Assembly (NCBI GenBank): GCA_031425655.1
Contig: JANPJS010000074.1
Span: 1-29,090, forward strand
DNA: 29,090 nucleotides
Direction: 5' to 3'
Origin: Abditibacteriaceae bacterium
GTDB lineage: Bacteria; Armatimonadota; Abditibacteriia; Abditibacteriales; Abditibacteriaceae
Below, in pieces: positions 1 through 9,130 of this stretch. The notes under the pieces were generated by a model, which was given only the letters and a program-made list of their open reading frames with translations, did no database searches and had not been told where the DNA came from. A program made the translations under genes and the position numbers. Numbering within the stretch: position 1 is the first letter of the stretch; each line of letters opens with the position of its first letter.

Positions 1-70
1 CGAGTGACGAGTGACGAGTGACGAGTGACGAGTGGATATTCGTCACTCGTCATTCCGCACTCGTCACTCA
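1..70. repeat. Heptamer (CGAGTGA)n inverted-repeat element, cut by the window start
   Basis: Four full CGAGTGA copies plus CGAGTG at 1-34. Complementary units TCGTCAC/TCGTCAT/TCCGCAC/TCGTCAC at 40-67 abut the stop codon (68-70) of the minus-strand gene. Confidence 0.85.
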
Positions 71-634
71 TTTGATCCAATACCAGATGGCGGGGATGAC
101 CAGCGCGAGATAAATGAGGACGTAACCGAGTTGCGCCAACAGCATAAGACTCATATCCGGCGCGCCGGGCATGAGCCGCATTTGAGAATACGACAGCCAT
201 TGCAGCGTGACGGGCATCAAAGCGCCTAAGGCCGCGCCTAATGAAGCCACGCTTGCCAGCGCCGGGCCGCGTTTGCCGCGCGTAATCGCTTTGATGACCG
301 AACTGAGGCCTGTGCCGATAATCGGCGCGAAAAATAAGATGAAAAAGCCGACGGCGTGCAGCATTGCCACGCCGATTACGCTGAGAACAGCCGAAGCGAT
401 GAACGTCAGCACAAATTGCAGCGGGCTGACTTGATAAATATGCTGCGTGCGATTGGACGCGCATTCGCGGCAACGCGCGCCGGTCGGCCCCATCACGGTG
501 CATTTCGGGCAAATCGGCTTTTCGCAGCGCCCGCAGCGCAGGCGCGTTTGCACTTTGCGATGCCGCCAGCACCAATAAACGCCGGGTTCTTCGGCAATCG
601 CCAGTTCGGAGAAATCTTGCGTGGTTTCGCTCAT
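68..634 (-). CDS. Membrane protein with N-terminal B-box-like zinc finger
   Basis: CWRH...CGRCEKPICPKC...CREC motif, like the Zn finger found ahead of some rhomboids. Followed by about 4 hydrophobic helices; no rhomboid catalytic motif seen. Confidence 0.75.
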   Translation of the reverse strand: MSETTQDFSELAIAEEPGVYWCWRHRKVQTRLRCGRCEKPICPKCTVMGPTGARCRECASNRTQHIYQVSPLQFVLTFIASAVLSVIGVAMLHAVGFFILFFAPIIGTGLSSVIKAITRGKRGPALASVASLGAALGALMPVTLQWLSYSQMRLMPGAPDMSLMLLAQLGYVLIYLALVIPAIWYWIK

Positions 635-645
635 AAGAATCGCGT

Positions 646-1344
646 TTAATTTTGCAACGAATTGCGCCGTTCGGCACTATTCAACGCCAAAAGGCGGCTG
701 GATTCGTCAAAGCGCGCTTCAATTTCCCAATCGCCGCTGCGCGCGATTACGGCATCGCTTTTTTCTTCGATTATCCAGCCGAGATGCCGCAAATAAGCGA
801 CAAAGGCGCGGCGATGGTCGGCAATCGGCAGCGCAGACAGCGCGGCGCGAAACACGCTCGGCACGCGCGCCGAATCGGTTGGCGCAGGAGGGAAATTAGC
901 GTCGTTAATCAACACAAAGCCGGCTCCGCCGACATACGGCCCGCGATAATAAGCATCGCTTTTCAGTAATCCGCTGGCGATGAGCGACAAAACGTGGCCG
1001 TCGGCCTCAATCAAGGGAAATTCGCCCTGCGTGAGTTCGGGAATGCCGCGTTCATCGCCCAAAGCGCGCAGTTGATGCGCGGCGCGCAGCACTTCATCGG
1101 GCAACTCAGCGAGATCGTTGGCCCAAATCCACAGCCACGTTTGGGCCATGTGCGATTCGCTGCCCAGAGCCTGCGTCGCCCAACTGACGACTTCATCCGG
1201 CTGCGCGTGACGGCGCAACAATAATTGGCCACTGTGCGCTTCCCATTGCCAATCGTGTTCGCCGAGCCATTCGGCCAAGCGCAATTGCCGGTCAAAGGCC
1301 GCAACAGCGTGTTCAAGCCACAATTCTTCAAGTTGCGGAGACAT
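646..1344 (-). CDS. Hypothetical protein, DUF6882-like
   Basis: Motif QALGSES..TWLWIWAN..LP and YYRGPY. Start reassigned to ATG at 1344 because the ORF-track extension (FHFSLITFHF) is translated repeat DNA. Confidence 0.65.
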   Translation of the reverse strand: MSPQLEELWLEHAVAAFDRQLRLAEWLGEHDWQWEAHSGQLLLRRHAQPDEVVSWATQALGSESHMAQTWLWIWANDLAELPDEVLRAAHQLRALGDERGIPELTQGEFPLIEADGHVLSLIASGLLKSDAYYRGPYVGGAGFVLINDANFPPAPTDSARVPSVFRAALSALPIADHRRAFVAYLRHLGWIIEEKSDAVIARSGDWEIEARFDESSRLLALNSAERRNSLQN

Positions 1345-1352
1345 GGGGAAGA

Positions 1353-1432
1353 AGTGAAAAGTAATGAGTGAAAAGTGAAAAGTAACGGCTTCCTGCGCCC
1401 TACTTTTCACTTTTCACTCATTACTTTTCACT
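1353..1432. repeat. AGTGAAA-heptamer hairpin element (gene-less copy)
   Basis: Perfect 32-bp inverted repeat (1353-1384 / 1401-1432) around the 16-nt loop ACGGCTTCCTGCGCCC. Confidence 0.95.
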
Positions 1433-1436
1433 GCTG

Positions 1437-2354
1437 TCAAGGCACTTTGCGGCCCCACGCCGCTGTCCACAGCGCATACCAATCTTCGCGTTCGAGGCGC
1501 AAATCGGCGGATTGCGCGGCTTCTGCGATGTGCTGCGGATTGGCGCTGCCGACGAGCGGCGCGATGCCCGACGGATGAGAAAGCAGCCACGCAAGAGCGA
1601 TTTGTGTGGGCGTGCGCTCATATTTTGTCGCCAATTCAGCGAGTTTGGTTTGAATCGCGTCGGGTTCTTCCTCGGCTGCGCCGCGCGCGATGCGGCCTCC
1701 GCCCAAAGGCGAATACGCCAGCGGCGTCAGGCCCAGCGCCATGCACTGATCGAGCACGCCGTCGCCGGTCGCACCCGCATTGGTGGGCCAGCCTTCGTAA
1801 ATCGGATCGAGCCGGTAAAGGCTGATGCTGATTTGATTGGCGACGATCGGCGCGTCGAGATAGCGCTGCAAGGCGCGCACTTGTTCGGGATAGTAGTTGC
1901 TGACGCCTATCGAAAGAATTTTCTGCTGTTTGAGCGCTTTGTTTAATGCCGACGCGGTTTCGCTTGGATGCGTCAGTGGGTCGGGGCGATGCAGTTGATA
2001 CAAGTCAATCGCTTCAATGCCCATGCGCGTTAATGAGCGTTCGATGCACTCTTCGAGATAAGGCGCCGACAAGTTGTAATGCCCGCTGCGAATGCCGCCT
2101 TTGGTGGCGATAACGATTTTTTCGCGCGAGCCGGGAAAAGCCGCAAGACACGCTTTGAAAACTTCTTCGCACGTCCCGCCGCCGTAAATATCAGCGTGGT
2201 CGTAAAGCGTGATGCCGGCTTGCAGCGCGGCTCCGAAAGCGTCAATCGCGCGTTTTTCACGCTCGGCGTTCATGTCCGCCGCGTTCCAGGTGCCGGTCAG
2301 TCCCATGCAGCCCAGAGCAATGGGAAACGACGGCACGCGTTGTTGCATTATCAT
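1437..2354 (-). CDS. Aldo/keto reductase
   Basis: Motifs LGCMG, DHADIYGGG, IATKGG, IDLYQLHRPD, IGVSNY, AYSPLGGG, QIALAWLL. ATGA overlap with the upstream gene. Confidence 0.93.
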   Translation of the reverse strand: MIMQQRVPSFPIALGCMGLTGTWNAADMNAEREKRAIDAFGAALQAGITLYDHADIYGGGTCEEVFKACLAAFPGSREKIVIATKGGIRSGHYNLSAPYLEECIERSLTRMGIEAIDLYQLHRPDPLTHPSETASALNKALKQQKILSIGVSNYYPEQVRALQRYLDAPIVANQISISLYRLDPIYEGWPTNAGATGDGVLDQCMALGLTPLAYSPLGGGRIARGAAEEEPDAIQTKLAELATKYERTPTQIALAWLLSHPSGIAPLVGSANPQHIAEAAQSADLRLEREDWYALWTAAWGRKVP

Positions 2355-3100
2355 TTGAGTTCCTTTTTCATGCGATAAGCATACATCGCCACGCCCAGCG
2401 TATCGCCGAGTTGAAAGCTATTTTTATAGCGTTCCCATTTGCCGCCACTAATTCGTGAATTGTGGCAATCCACGCACGCTTGCTGTGAGGCGACCACTGG
2501 ACGCGCCGCGACTTTCCATTTTGCAATTGAAAAATTCGCGCCTTCATTGGCCTTGAAAGAGTCCAACGCCTTTCGCGCTGGAACATAGAGCGGGCTATTT
2601 AATACATTGCCGCCATCCGGCAAGTCAGGCGGAAGTTGCGCGTCCACATTCCATATTGGTGAGAAATAACTGTAAGGCGTCTGCTTTGTTTTGAATAGTG
2701 GCTTACCCGTAATAAAAACCGGCCCTTGTAAAAATTGCGGGCCTGCATACAATACTTGGCGCCCTAGCAAATAATTGCGTCCGGCCACATAAAACACAAC
2801 TTCCAAGCCTCGCTTTTTCAGCGCCGCAACGACGGCTTTTTCCTTCGCTGTCTGCGGCACGAAAACGTCATGGCGTTTACCAATGCGACCCACACCGAAA
2901 TCGCTATCTGGAATAACCGCAAAACGCTCCTGCACCACTTTATCGAGCGCCGCCAACTCCGCGAACGGAAACGTATATGGCGCTTTCGGCGCGTTGCGGC
3001 GACGGTTTTCCTGCCAACGCGCGACGCCGAACGGCAACAGAGCCAGCAGTGACGTGGCGACGAAAAACTTCAGCAGAAACTTACGGTTGGCGCGTGTCAT
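2351..3100 (-). CDS. Membrane-anchored c-type heme protein, DUF3365/Tll0287-like
   Basis: N-terminal hydrophobic anchor; C-terminal ARPV..CVDCH...LGDTLG with a CxxCH motif. Confidence 0.65.
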   Translation of the reverse strand: MTRANRKFLLKFFVATSLLALLPFGVARWQENRRRNAPKAPYTFPFAELAALDKVVQERFAVIPDSDFGVGRIGKRHDVFVPQTAKEKAVVAALKKRGLEVVFYVAGRNYLLGRQVLYAGPQFLQGPVFITGKPLFKTKQTPYSYFSPIWNVDAQLPPDLPDGGNVLNSPLYVPARKALDSFKANEGANFSIAKWKVAARPVVASQQACVDCHNSRISGGKWERYKNSFQLGDTLGVAMYAYRMKKELK

Positions 3101-3164
3101 GGGTGACCGCCGTTGTGAGGGATGAGAATATTATCACGCAAACGCGCTGTCTAAACGGCTTCCC

Positions 3165-4235
3165 ATGAAAACTTCCCTTTTTACACTCTGTGCAGTTACA
3201 GCGACTTTAGCCGGTGCCAACGCGGCGCCATTGGTGGGCGCCATTCGCTGGGACGCCTGGCACGGGGAGCAGGGCGCTCCGGGGCGCGCCGTGCAACGCG
3301 CTCTTGGCCCCAAAGAATGGCACAGCCGACTGCCGTTTTTTGCCGTTGTGCGCGGCGATGACGATGTCACGATTGACGGCACATCGCAAGAAGTGATGGA
3401 TAAAGAGATAGATTATGCTTCCAGCGCGGGGCTGGCCTATTGGGCCTTTGTCACTTATCCCGAAAATGATGCCATGAGCCTCGGTCTCAAGCGTTATTTA
3501 TCGAGCAAAAAACGCGACAAAATCAAGTTCTGTCTCATTGTAGAAAGTTCTCGGCTTCACGATCAAAGCTACCGCAACCACCTTCTTTCCCTCATGGCCG
3601 AGCCGGGTTATTTGAAAGTGCTGGGCGGACGCCCGGTCTGGCATTTGGGCTTTCTTTCCGAAGAAAATCTGAAAAAACAGTGGGGCAGCCTTGAGGAGTT
3701 TCGCCGCGCACTCGATGATTTTCGCGCCGCACTGCGACAAAAAGGCAGCGGCGACCCTTACACGGTGATTATGGATTTCGGGCCGGTGCAGGGCAAGAAG
3801 TGGATGGATACTTTAGGCGCTCAGGCGATTAGCGACTACGCCGCGAATGGCGGGAAAAGCGCTGCGCCTTATAGTGAATTGACAGCCTACGCCGAAAAGT
3901 TCTGGGACATCAGCAAAGGCACCGGCGCTAACGTGGTGCCGATTATCATGTCGGGCTGGGATCGTCGCCCGCGCATCGCGCGCCCGGTGCCGTGGGAAGT
4001 CTGGCAAAAGCCCGGTGCCAACGCCGATAAATACTATCAAGCGCCGACACCTGCCGAACTGGCCAGCCACGTTTCCCGCGCCGTGAAATGGATGCAAAAT
4101 AACCCCGACGCCGCCCCGTCGCAGATGGCGATTATCTACGCCTGGAACGAAAATGACGAAGGCGGCTGGCTTGTGCCAACACTTGGCGACGGCACCGCAC
4201 GACTCGATGCTATCGCAAAGGTGTTAAAGCCTTAA
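3165..4235 (+). CDS. Secreted glycoside hydrolase, GH99/WbsX-like
   Basis: Signal peptide; EIDYA..AGL, GWDRRPR and AWNENDEGGWLVP motifs. Confidence 0.7.
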   Translation: MKTSLFTLCAVTATLAGANAAPLVGAIRWDAWHGEQGAPGRAVQRALGPKEWHSRLPFFAVVRGDDDVTIDGTSQEVMDKEIDYASSAGLAYWAFVTYPENDAMSLGLKRYLSSKKRDKIKFCLIVESSRLHDQSYRNHLLSLMAEPGYLKVLGGRPVWHLGFLSEENLKKQWGSLEEFRRALDDFRAALRQKGSGDPYTVIMDFGPVQGKKWMDTLGAQAISDYAANGGKSAAPYSELTAYAEKFWDISKGTGANVVPIIMSGWDRRPRIARPVPWEVWQKPGANADKYYQAPTPAELASHVSRAVKWMQNNPDAAPSQMAIIYAWNENDEGGWLVPTLGDGTARLDAIAKVLKP

Positions 4236-4462
4236 TGCATCTTTCGAAGTAATAGCACTCGAAACGCGGCGCATGATTTTGCCGCTGCGTGACTTGAGAA
4301 ATTAAGCATACACGTTGCGCCCCGTTCGTAACGAAAGTGCGATTTGGTGATCCACTCAATCTGAAATTTTCCTTTATCAACATATTTCATGTTTAGTAAT
4401 TCTCCTTTTGGGTTATAAGCCAATCGCAACCTTAGTTTCAGTTCCCCAATTAGGAGTTACTC

Positions 4463-5386
4463 ATGAATGCGACGCCGCAGGCTGTTACCGCGCAAAATGC
4501 GCCTTTTTGCATCGGGAAACCGAAATCTCGTCCGACAGGGTTCACCCTCATCGAACTGCTCGTCGTCATAGCGATCATCGCATTGCTGGCGGCCATTTTG
4601 TTCCCGGTTTTTGCCAGGGCACGGGAAAATGCGCGCAAGTCAAGTTGCGCCAACAACCTCAAGCAAATTGGCATCGGCATGGCGCTTTATTCGCAGGATT
4701 TCGATGGTGCCATGCCGCCGTCGGTTTTGTTTGCAACAGGAAGCACTTTCTGGACATGGCCGACGTTGGTCATGCCTTATATCAAGAACGAGCAAGTGTT
4801 CGTTTGCCCTTCCGCTTCTTCTGATTCCAAAAGAGGCGATTGGCCCGGCTACACCGGCAGCGTGACCTTCTGCGGCGTTTCCGACACGGCTTTCGGCACC
4901 ACGCGCAGCGGCGACGGTTCCACTAAAGCTCTTGGCCGTGTCAACAAGCTTTCCTACGGGCGCAACTTGATTCCAAATTACATGGCCGGCACAGGTGCCG
5001 GCGGTTGGACAACGCCCGGTTTGGGCACCGACACGGCCCCCGGTGGGGCAGTTCCCCCTGCTACAAACGCCAGGGCGTGTGGCTTCGTTTCTAATGGCTC
5101 CACAGATTCCGTTTACGATTCTGACATCGAAGACCCGGCAGGCACAATTCACATCGTGGATTACATGATTAACCCGACCAGCGGCGTTTGCAATCCCGAC
5201 GGCGGTGGAATGAGGACTATTTTAGGCGACAACCGCACTGAAATTTTCCCCGCCGTCGCCGGCAACAGCAAAACGTCACCGCGCCATCTGGGCGGTTACA
5301 ACGCGCTTTATGGCGACGCTCATGTCAAATTCCGTCAGTGGGGCAAAAGCAGTCAAGCCCGCGATTGGTCAATCCAAAAAGATTAA
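4463..5386 (+). CDS. DUF1559 prepilin-type N-terminal cleavage/methylation protein
   Basis: [43 protein letters not shown]-terminal [16 protein letters not shown] is an H-X9-DG-type motif, here DA. Confidence 0.92.
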   Translation: MNATPQAVTAQNAPFCIGKPKSRPTGFTLIELLVVIAIIALLAAILFPVFARARENARKSSCANNLKQIGIGMALYSQDFDGAMPPSVLFATGSTFWTWPTLVMPYIKNEQVFVCPSASSDSKRGDWPGYTGSVTFCGVSDTAFGTTRSGDGSTKALGRVNKLSYGRNLIPNYMAGTGAGGWTTPGLGTDTAPGGAVPPATNARACGFVSNGSTDSVYDSDIEDPAGTIHIVDYMINPTSGVCNPDGGGMRTILGDNRTEIFPAVAGNSKTSPRHLGGYNALYGDAHVKFRQWGKSSQARDWSIQKD

Positions 5387-5402
5387 GTCCGTCAAAGTTG
5401 AG

Positions 5403-5430
5403 GCGCCGCGCGATGAGAATCGCGCGGCGC
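5403..5430. terminator. Probable intrinsic terminator between convergent genes
   Basis: Perfect 12-bp stem GCGCCGCGCGAT-gaga-ATCGCGCGGCGC followed by a T-rich tract. Confidence 0.8.
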
Positions 5431-5443
5431 TTTCGTTTTTGCT

Positions 5444-6886
5444 TTACGAGGGGTTGTCGAAACGCGCCGCTTTTAACTGGTAAATAGTCAACGAGCGCAC
5501 ACGGCAGCCGGCGTCTTCGGAGAAAATTTCAATGCCGCAGTTGCCCGGCGCGGGGAAAATCAGGGCGCAAAAGCGCGCTTGTCCGCCGTTGGCGAAGACT
5601 TCGACGGAGGTGCTGTCTATCAAAACGCGCAGGCGCAGCAGGCCGCGTTGCAAGCGCAGCGGCACTTCGTAGCGCCGCGCGAAATGATCGCTAAAATCGC
5701 TGTCTCCGGCCTGGCTGCGGTCGAGAAAAAGGCACTGCGCTTCGGTATCGTAGCCGATAATGGTCGCTTCTTCGTCGCCCGCGCGCACCAATAAACCGCT
5801 GGCGCCGCCTGCTTCCGGCTCCATTTCGCAGAGAACCTCGCAGTGTTCGCTGCCGCCGTTCACCGGCACGATTTCATCGCTTTGCAGAAAAAGCGGGCCG
5901 CTCGAAGAGGCCGCATCGCGCAGCGTTTCCAGAGCGCGCAGCGGGTTTTGCACCAGCCGCACGCCTTCGGGCAGCGTGCGCAGCGCCACTTCGCGCGGCA
6001 GCGTCAGCGCGCCCTGATAGCCCGGCGTGGGAATTAGCTCGGCGTAGCCCCAATGGTTCATCCAGCCGATGAGAATGCGGCGTCCGCCCGGCGCGTTCGA
6101 CCAACTCACCGAAGCGTAATCGTCCGGCCCACCCAGCGGCAACGGGTCGCTTTCGCTGATAAATGTGCTGCCGTCGAAATCGCCGACAAAATAATAAGTC
6201 GCGCAGACGCCGAAACCGCGCTCGCCGTCTTCGTAGTCCTCAAAATTGTCTAAGCCCAAACGCGAAGCGAGTAGCACCCATTTCTTGCGATTCGCATCGC
6301 CATCTATGGCCAGAGGGAACAAATCGGGGCATTCCCAAACGTCGCCGGGCGCGTCTGTGTCGGTGCCAAAAGTCGAAGCCGGCGTCCATTCGCGCAGATT
6401 CGGCGAGGTGAAAAAACTGAGGCAGTCGCCGGTCGCTAAAACCATTGTCCAACGCTGCGTTTGCTCGTGCCAAAAGACTTTCGGATCGCGGAAATTCGGA
6501 TTTTCGCTCCGCAAAACCGGATTACCCTCAAATTTCGTCCACGCCAGCCCATCGCTGCTAAAAGCCAGACTTTGCGCTTGATATTCGGCCTTTTGATGCG
6601 TGAAAATCGCAACCAAACCCTCGCCGCCGTTGAAAAACCCGCTACTGTCGCGCTCGTCTACAACCACACTACCCGACCAGATGGCGCCGTGTTCATCTTC
6701 GCAGAGCGCGGCGGGCAAATGCCGCCAGTTGACTAAATCGCCGCTGACCGCGTGGCCCCACCATTTGCCGCTCGCTTCTGCGGGCTGCCACTGATAAAAC
6801 AGGTGCCACTGCCCGCGATAGAACACGAGGCCGTTCGGATCGTTCATCCAATCGCGCGGCGGCGTGAAGTGGTAGTGGGGTCGCAT
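5444..6886 (-). CDS. GH32 beta-fructofuranosidase/levanase
   Basis: WMNDPNG, WGHAVS, WSGS, FRDPKV, WECPDLF and SVEVF motifs; no signal peptide. Confidence 0.95.
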   Translation of the reverse strand: MRPHYHFTPPRDWMNDPNGLVFYRGQWHLFYQWQPAEASGKWWGHAVSGDLVNWRHLPAALCEDEHGAIWSGSVVVDERDSSGFFNGGEGLVAIFTHQKAEYQAQSLAFSSDGLAWTKFEGNPVLRSENPNFRDPKVFWHEQTQRWTMVLATGDCLSFFTSPNLREWTPASTFGTDTDAPGDVWECPDLFPLAIDGDANRKKWVLLASRLGLDNFEDYEDGERGFGVCATYYFVGDFDGSTFISESDPLPLGGPDDYASVSWSNAPGGRRILIGWMNHWGYAELIPTPGYQGALTLPREVALRTLPEGVRLVQNPLRALETLRDAASSSGPLFLQSDEIVPVNGGSEHCEVLCEMEPEAGGASGLLVRAGDEEATIIGYDTEAQCLFLDRSQAGDSDFSDHFARRYEVPLRLQRGLLRLRVLIDSTSVEVFANGGQARFCALIFPAPGNCGIEIFSEDAGCRVRSLTIYQLKAARFDNPS

Positions 6887-6898
6887 ACTTTAAATTTA

Positions 6899-7030
6899 AC
6901 CGCAGAGGACGCGGAGGGCGCAGAGAAGAAATGGAGATTTGAGTATGGAGAATTAAAAGAAGGAATTTTCCCACTATTTTTCATTCTCAAACCTCCATTT
7001 CTTCTCTGCGCCCTCCGCGTCCGCTGCGGT
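6899..7030. repeat. Long palindromic element with 9-mer (CGCRGAGRR) internal repeats
   Basis: 45-bp arms (6899-6943 / 6986-7030) with 2 mismatches; fills almost all of the acs-GH32 intergenic gap. Confidence 0.9.
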
Positions 7031-7035
7031 GAAAA

Positions 7036-8961
7036 TTAATCTTCCAACGTGGAAATATCGCCGGGTTCGACGCCCAATTCCTTAGCTTTCAGCACGCGGC
7101 GCATGATTTTTCCGCTGCGCGTTTTGGGCAGACTGGGCACGAATTCGATGTCGCCGGGGATGGCAATCGGGCTGAGTTCCTCGCGGACGTGCTGTTTCAA
7201 GGCTTTTAACAACTCGTCGCTGGGTTCAAAGCCTTGACGCAGAATCACGAAGGCTTTGATGCTTTCGCCTTTGAGCGCGTCCGGTTTGCCGATAACGGCG
7301 GCTTCGGCGACGGCGGGATGCGAAACTAAGGCGCTTTCCACTTCCGCGGTGCCGATGCGATAGCCGGACACGTTCATCACGTCGTCGGCGCGGCCCATGA
7401 CGCGAAAATAGCCGTCTTCGTCCTGCGTGGCCACGTCGCCCGCCGAATAATAGCCGGAAATCGTGTTCCAATAGGTCGCGTAGCGTTCGGGGTCTTTGTA
7501 AATGGTGCGCATCATGCCCGGCCACGGCTTTTTGATAACCAAAAAGCCGCCTTTGCCGCGCTCGACTTCGTTGCCTTCGCGGTCAACAATCGCCGCTTCG
7601 ATGCCGGGAAGCGGCTTGCCGGGACTGCCGGGTTTGGTCGGATAACTGGGCACGGTGGCAATCATAAATTGGCCGGTTTCGGTTTGCCACCATGTGTCTA
7701 CAATCGGCGCCTGTTCGCGCCCGATGTTTTTGTGAAACCACAGCCACGCTTCGGGATTAATCGGCTCGCCGACTGTTCCCATGACGCGAATCGAAGATAA
7801 ATCGTATTTCGCCGGGAACTCTTCGCCGAAACGCATCAAGGCGCGGATGGCCGTCGGCGTCGAATAAAAGATGTTGACGCGATACTTTTCGACGATGCTC
7901 CACCAGCGGCCTGGATCGGGAAAATCCAATGCGCCTTCGACCAAAAGCACCGTCGCGCCGTTGATTAACGGCCCGTAAACCACATAACTATGGCCGGTAA
8001 TCCAGCCGGGGTCGGCGGTGCAAAGGTAAATGTCTTCGTCCTGCAAATCGAAGCAGATTTTGTGCGTATAGCTGGTGCCGACCGCGTAGCCGCCGTGCGT
8101 GTGAACAACGCCTTTAGGCTTGCCGGTCGTGCCCGACGTGTAAAGGAAAAACAGTGGCGTCTCGCTATCAAGAATAGCTGGCTCGCACTGCTGCGATTCG
8201 GCGTCGAGCGTCTTATCGAAATCGAGTTCGCGGTCTTCCTGTAACGATAACGGCTGGGCGCTGCGCTGATAAACGAGGATTTTCTGCACGAAATCCAGGC
8301 CATGCACGGCTTCGTCAGTAATCGCTTTGAGGTTGATAACTTTGCCGCGACGATAGCCCATATCGGTGCAAATCACGATTTTCGACTGCGAATCTTCGAT
8401 GCGCGAACGCAAAGCCGGCGCCGAAAAACCGCCGTAAACCACGCTGTGAATCGCGCCGATGCGAGCGCAGGCGAGCATGGCAATCGGCAGTTCGGGCGTC
8501 AGTGCCATATAAAGCGTGACGCGGTCGCCCTGCTGCACACCGAGCTTTTTCAAGGCGTTGGCGCATTGGTTAACGCGGCCTAAAAGCTGTCCGTAAGTGA
8601 AGGCGCGTTCAGGCACTTTGCCGTTGGCGTCCGGCTCGCCGGCCCAGAAAAACGCGACTTTGTTGCGGCGTGCTGAGTTCGCGTGGCGGTCGAGCGCGTT
8701 CGCCGTGATGTTGAATTTGGCGTCCACAAACCACTTGAGATGGGGCGGATCGGTTTGCCATTGCATCGCGTCCGTCCACGGCTCGAACCAGTCGAGCGAA
8801 CGCGCCTGTTCTTCCCAGAACGCGACCGGGTCGGCGATGCTTTGGGCGTGCAGCGCATCGAAATCCTTGACGATGGCGCGTTCAACAACAGCGGGCGACG
8901 GCGCGAAAACGTCGCCTTCTTTTTGCAGCGATGACAAATTTTGACTGGTGGTTTCGGACAT
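7036..8961 (-). CDS. acs: Acetyl-CoA synthetase
   Basis: YTSGTTGKPKG, TADPGWITGHSY, VGEPINPEAW, DTWWQTETG and PKTRSGKIMRR motifs. ATG at 8961 is preceded by an AGGAG ribosome-binding site. Confidence 0.96.
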   Translation of the reverse strand: MSETTSQNLSSLQKEGDVFAPSPAVVERAIVKDFDALHAQSIADPVAFWEEQARSLDWFEPWTDAMQWQTDPPHLKWFVDAKFNITANALDRHANSARRNKVAFFWAGEPDANGKVPERAFTYGQLLGRVNQCANALKKLGVQQGDRVTLYMALTPELPIAMLACARIGAIHSVVYGGFSAPALRSRIEDSQSKIVICTDMGYRRGKVINLKAITDEAVHGLDFVQKILVYQRSAQPLSLQEDRELDFDKTLDAESQQCEPAILDSETPLFFLYTSGTTGKPKGVVHTHGGYAVGTSYTHKICFDLQDEDIYLCTADPGWITGHSYVVYGPLINGATVLLVEGALDFPDPGRWWSIVEKYRVNIFYSTPTAIRALMRFGEEFPAKYDLSSIRVMGTVGEPINPEAWLWFHKNIGREQAPIVDTWWQTETGQFMIATVPSYPTKPGSPGKPLPGIEAAIVDREGNEVERGKGGFLVIKKPWPGMMRTIYKDPERYATYWNTISGYYSAGDVATQDEDGYFRVMGRADDVMNVSGYRIGTAEVESALVSHPAVAEAAVIGKPDALKGESIKAFVILRQGFEPSDELLKALKQHVREELSPIAIPGDIEFVPSLPKTRSGKIMRRVLKAKELGVEPGDISTLED

Positions 8962-9060
8962 GAAAAGCTCCTGAACTGGGATCAAAACAACGGTAAGCGG
9001 CGCCGCGCAGTTTACCGCAGGGGCACTGAATTTTGTAATAATCCCACAGGAAACATCGCC

Positions 9061-9078
9061 TTAACAGCGGCGTGTTAA
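9061..9078. promoter_or_regulatory. Candidate operator TTAACA-N6-TGTTAA
   Basis: Dyad in the divergent acs/phosphorylase intergenic region; function inferred only. Confidence 0.3.
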
Positions 9079-9130
9079 ACCTAATACCATTGGCCGCTCG
9101 TCGGCAGAACAAACAATTAAGGAACTATTT

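Noticed and set aside
620..634. The Zn-finger protein and Acs both begin MSETT
   Set aside because: Very short, low-information match that is probably coincidental.
5284..5328. H-X9-DA instead of H-X9-DG in the DUF1559 protein
   Set aside because: A single-residue variant of a variable motif, not enough to claim altered function.
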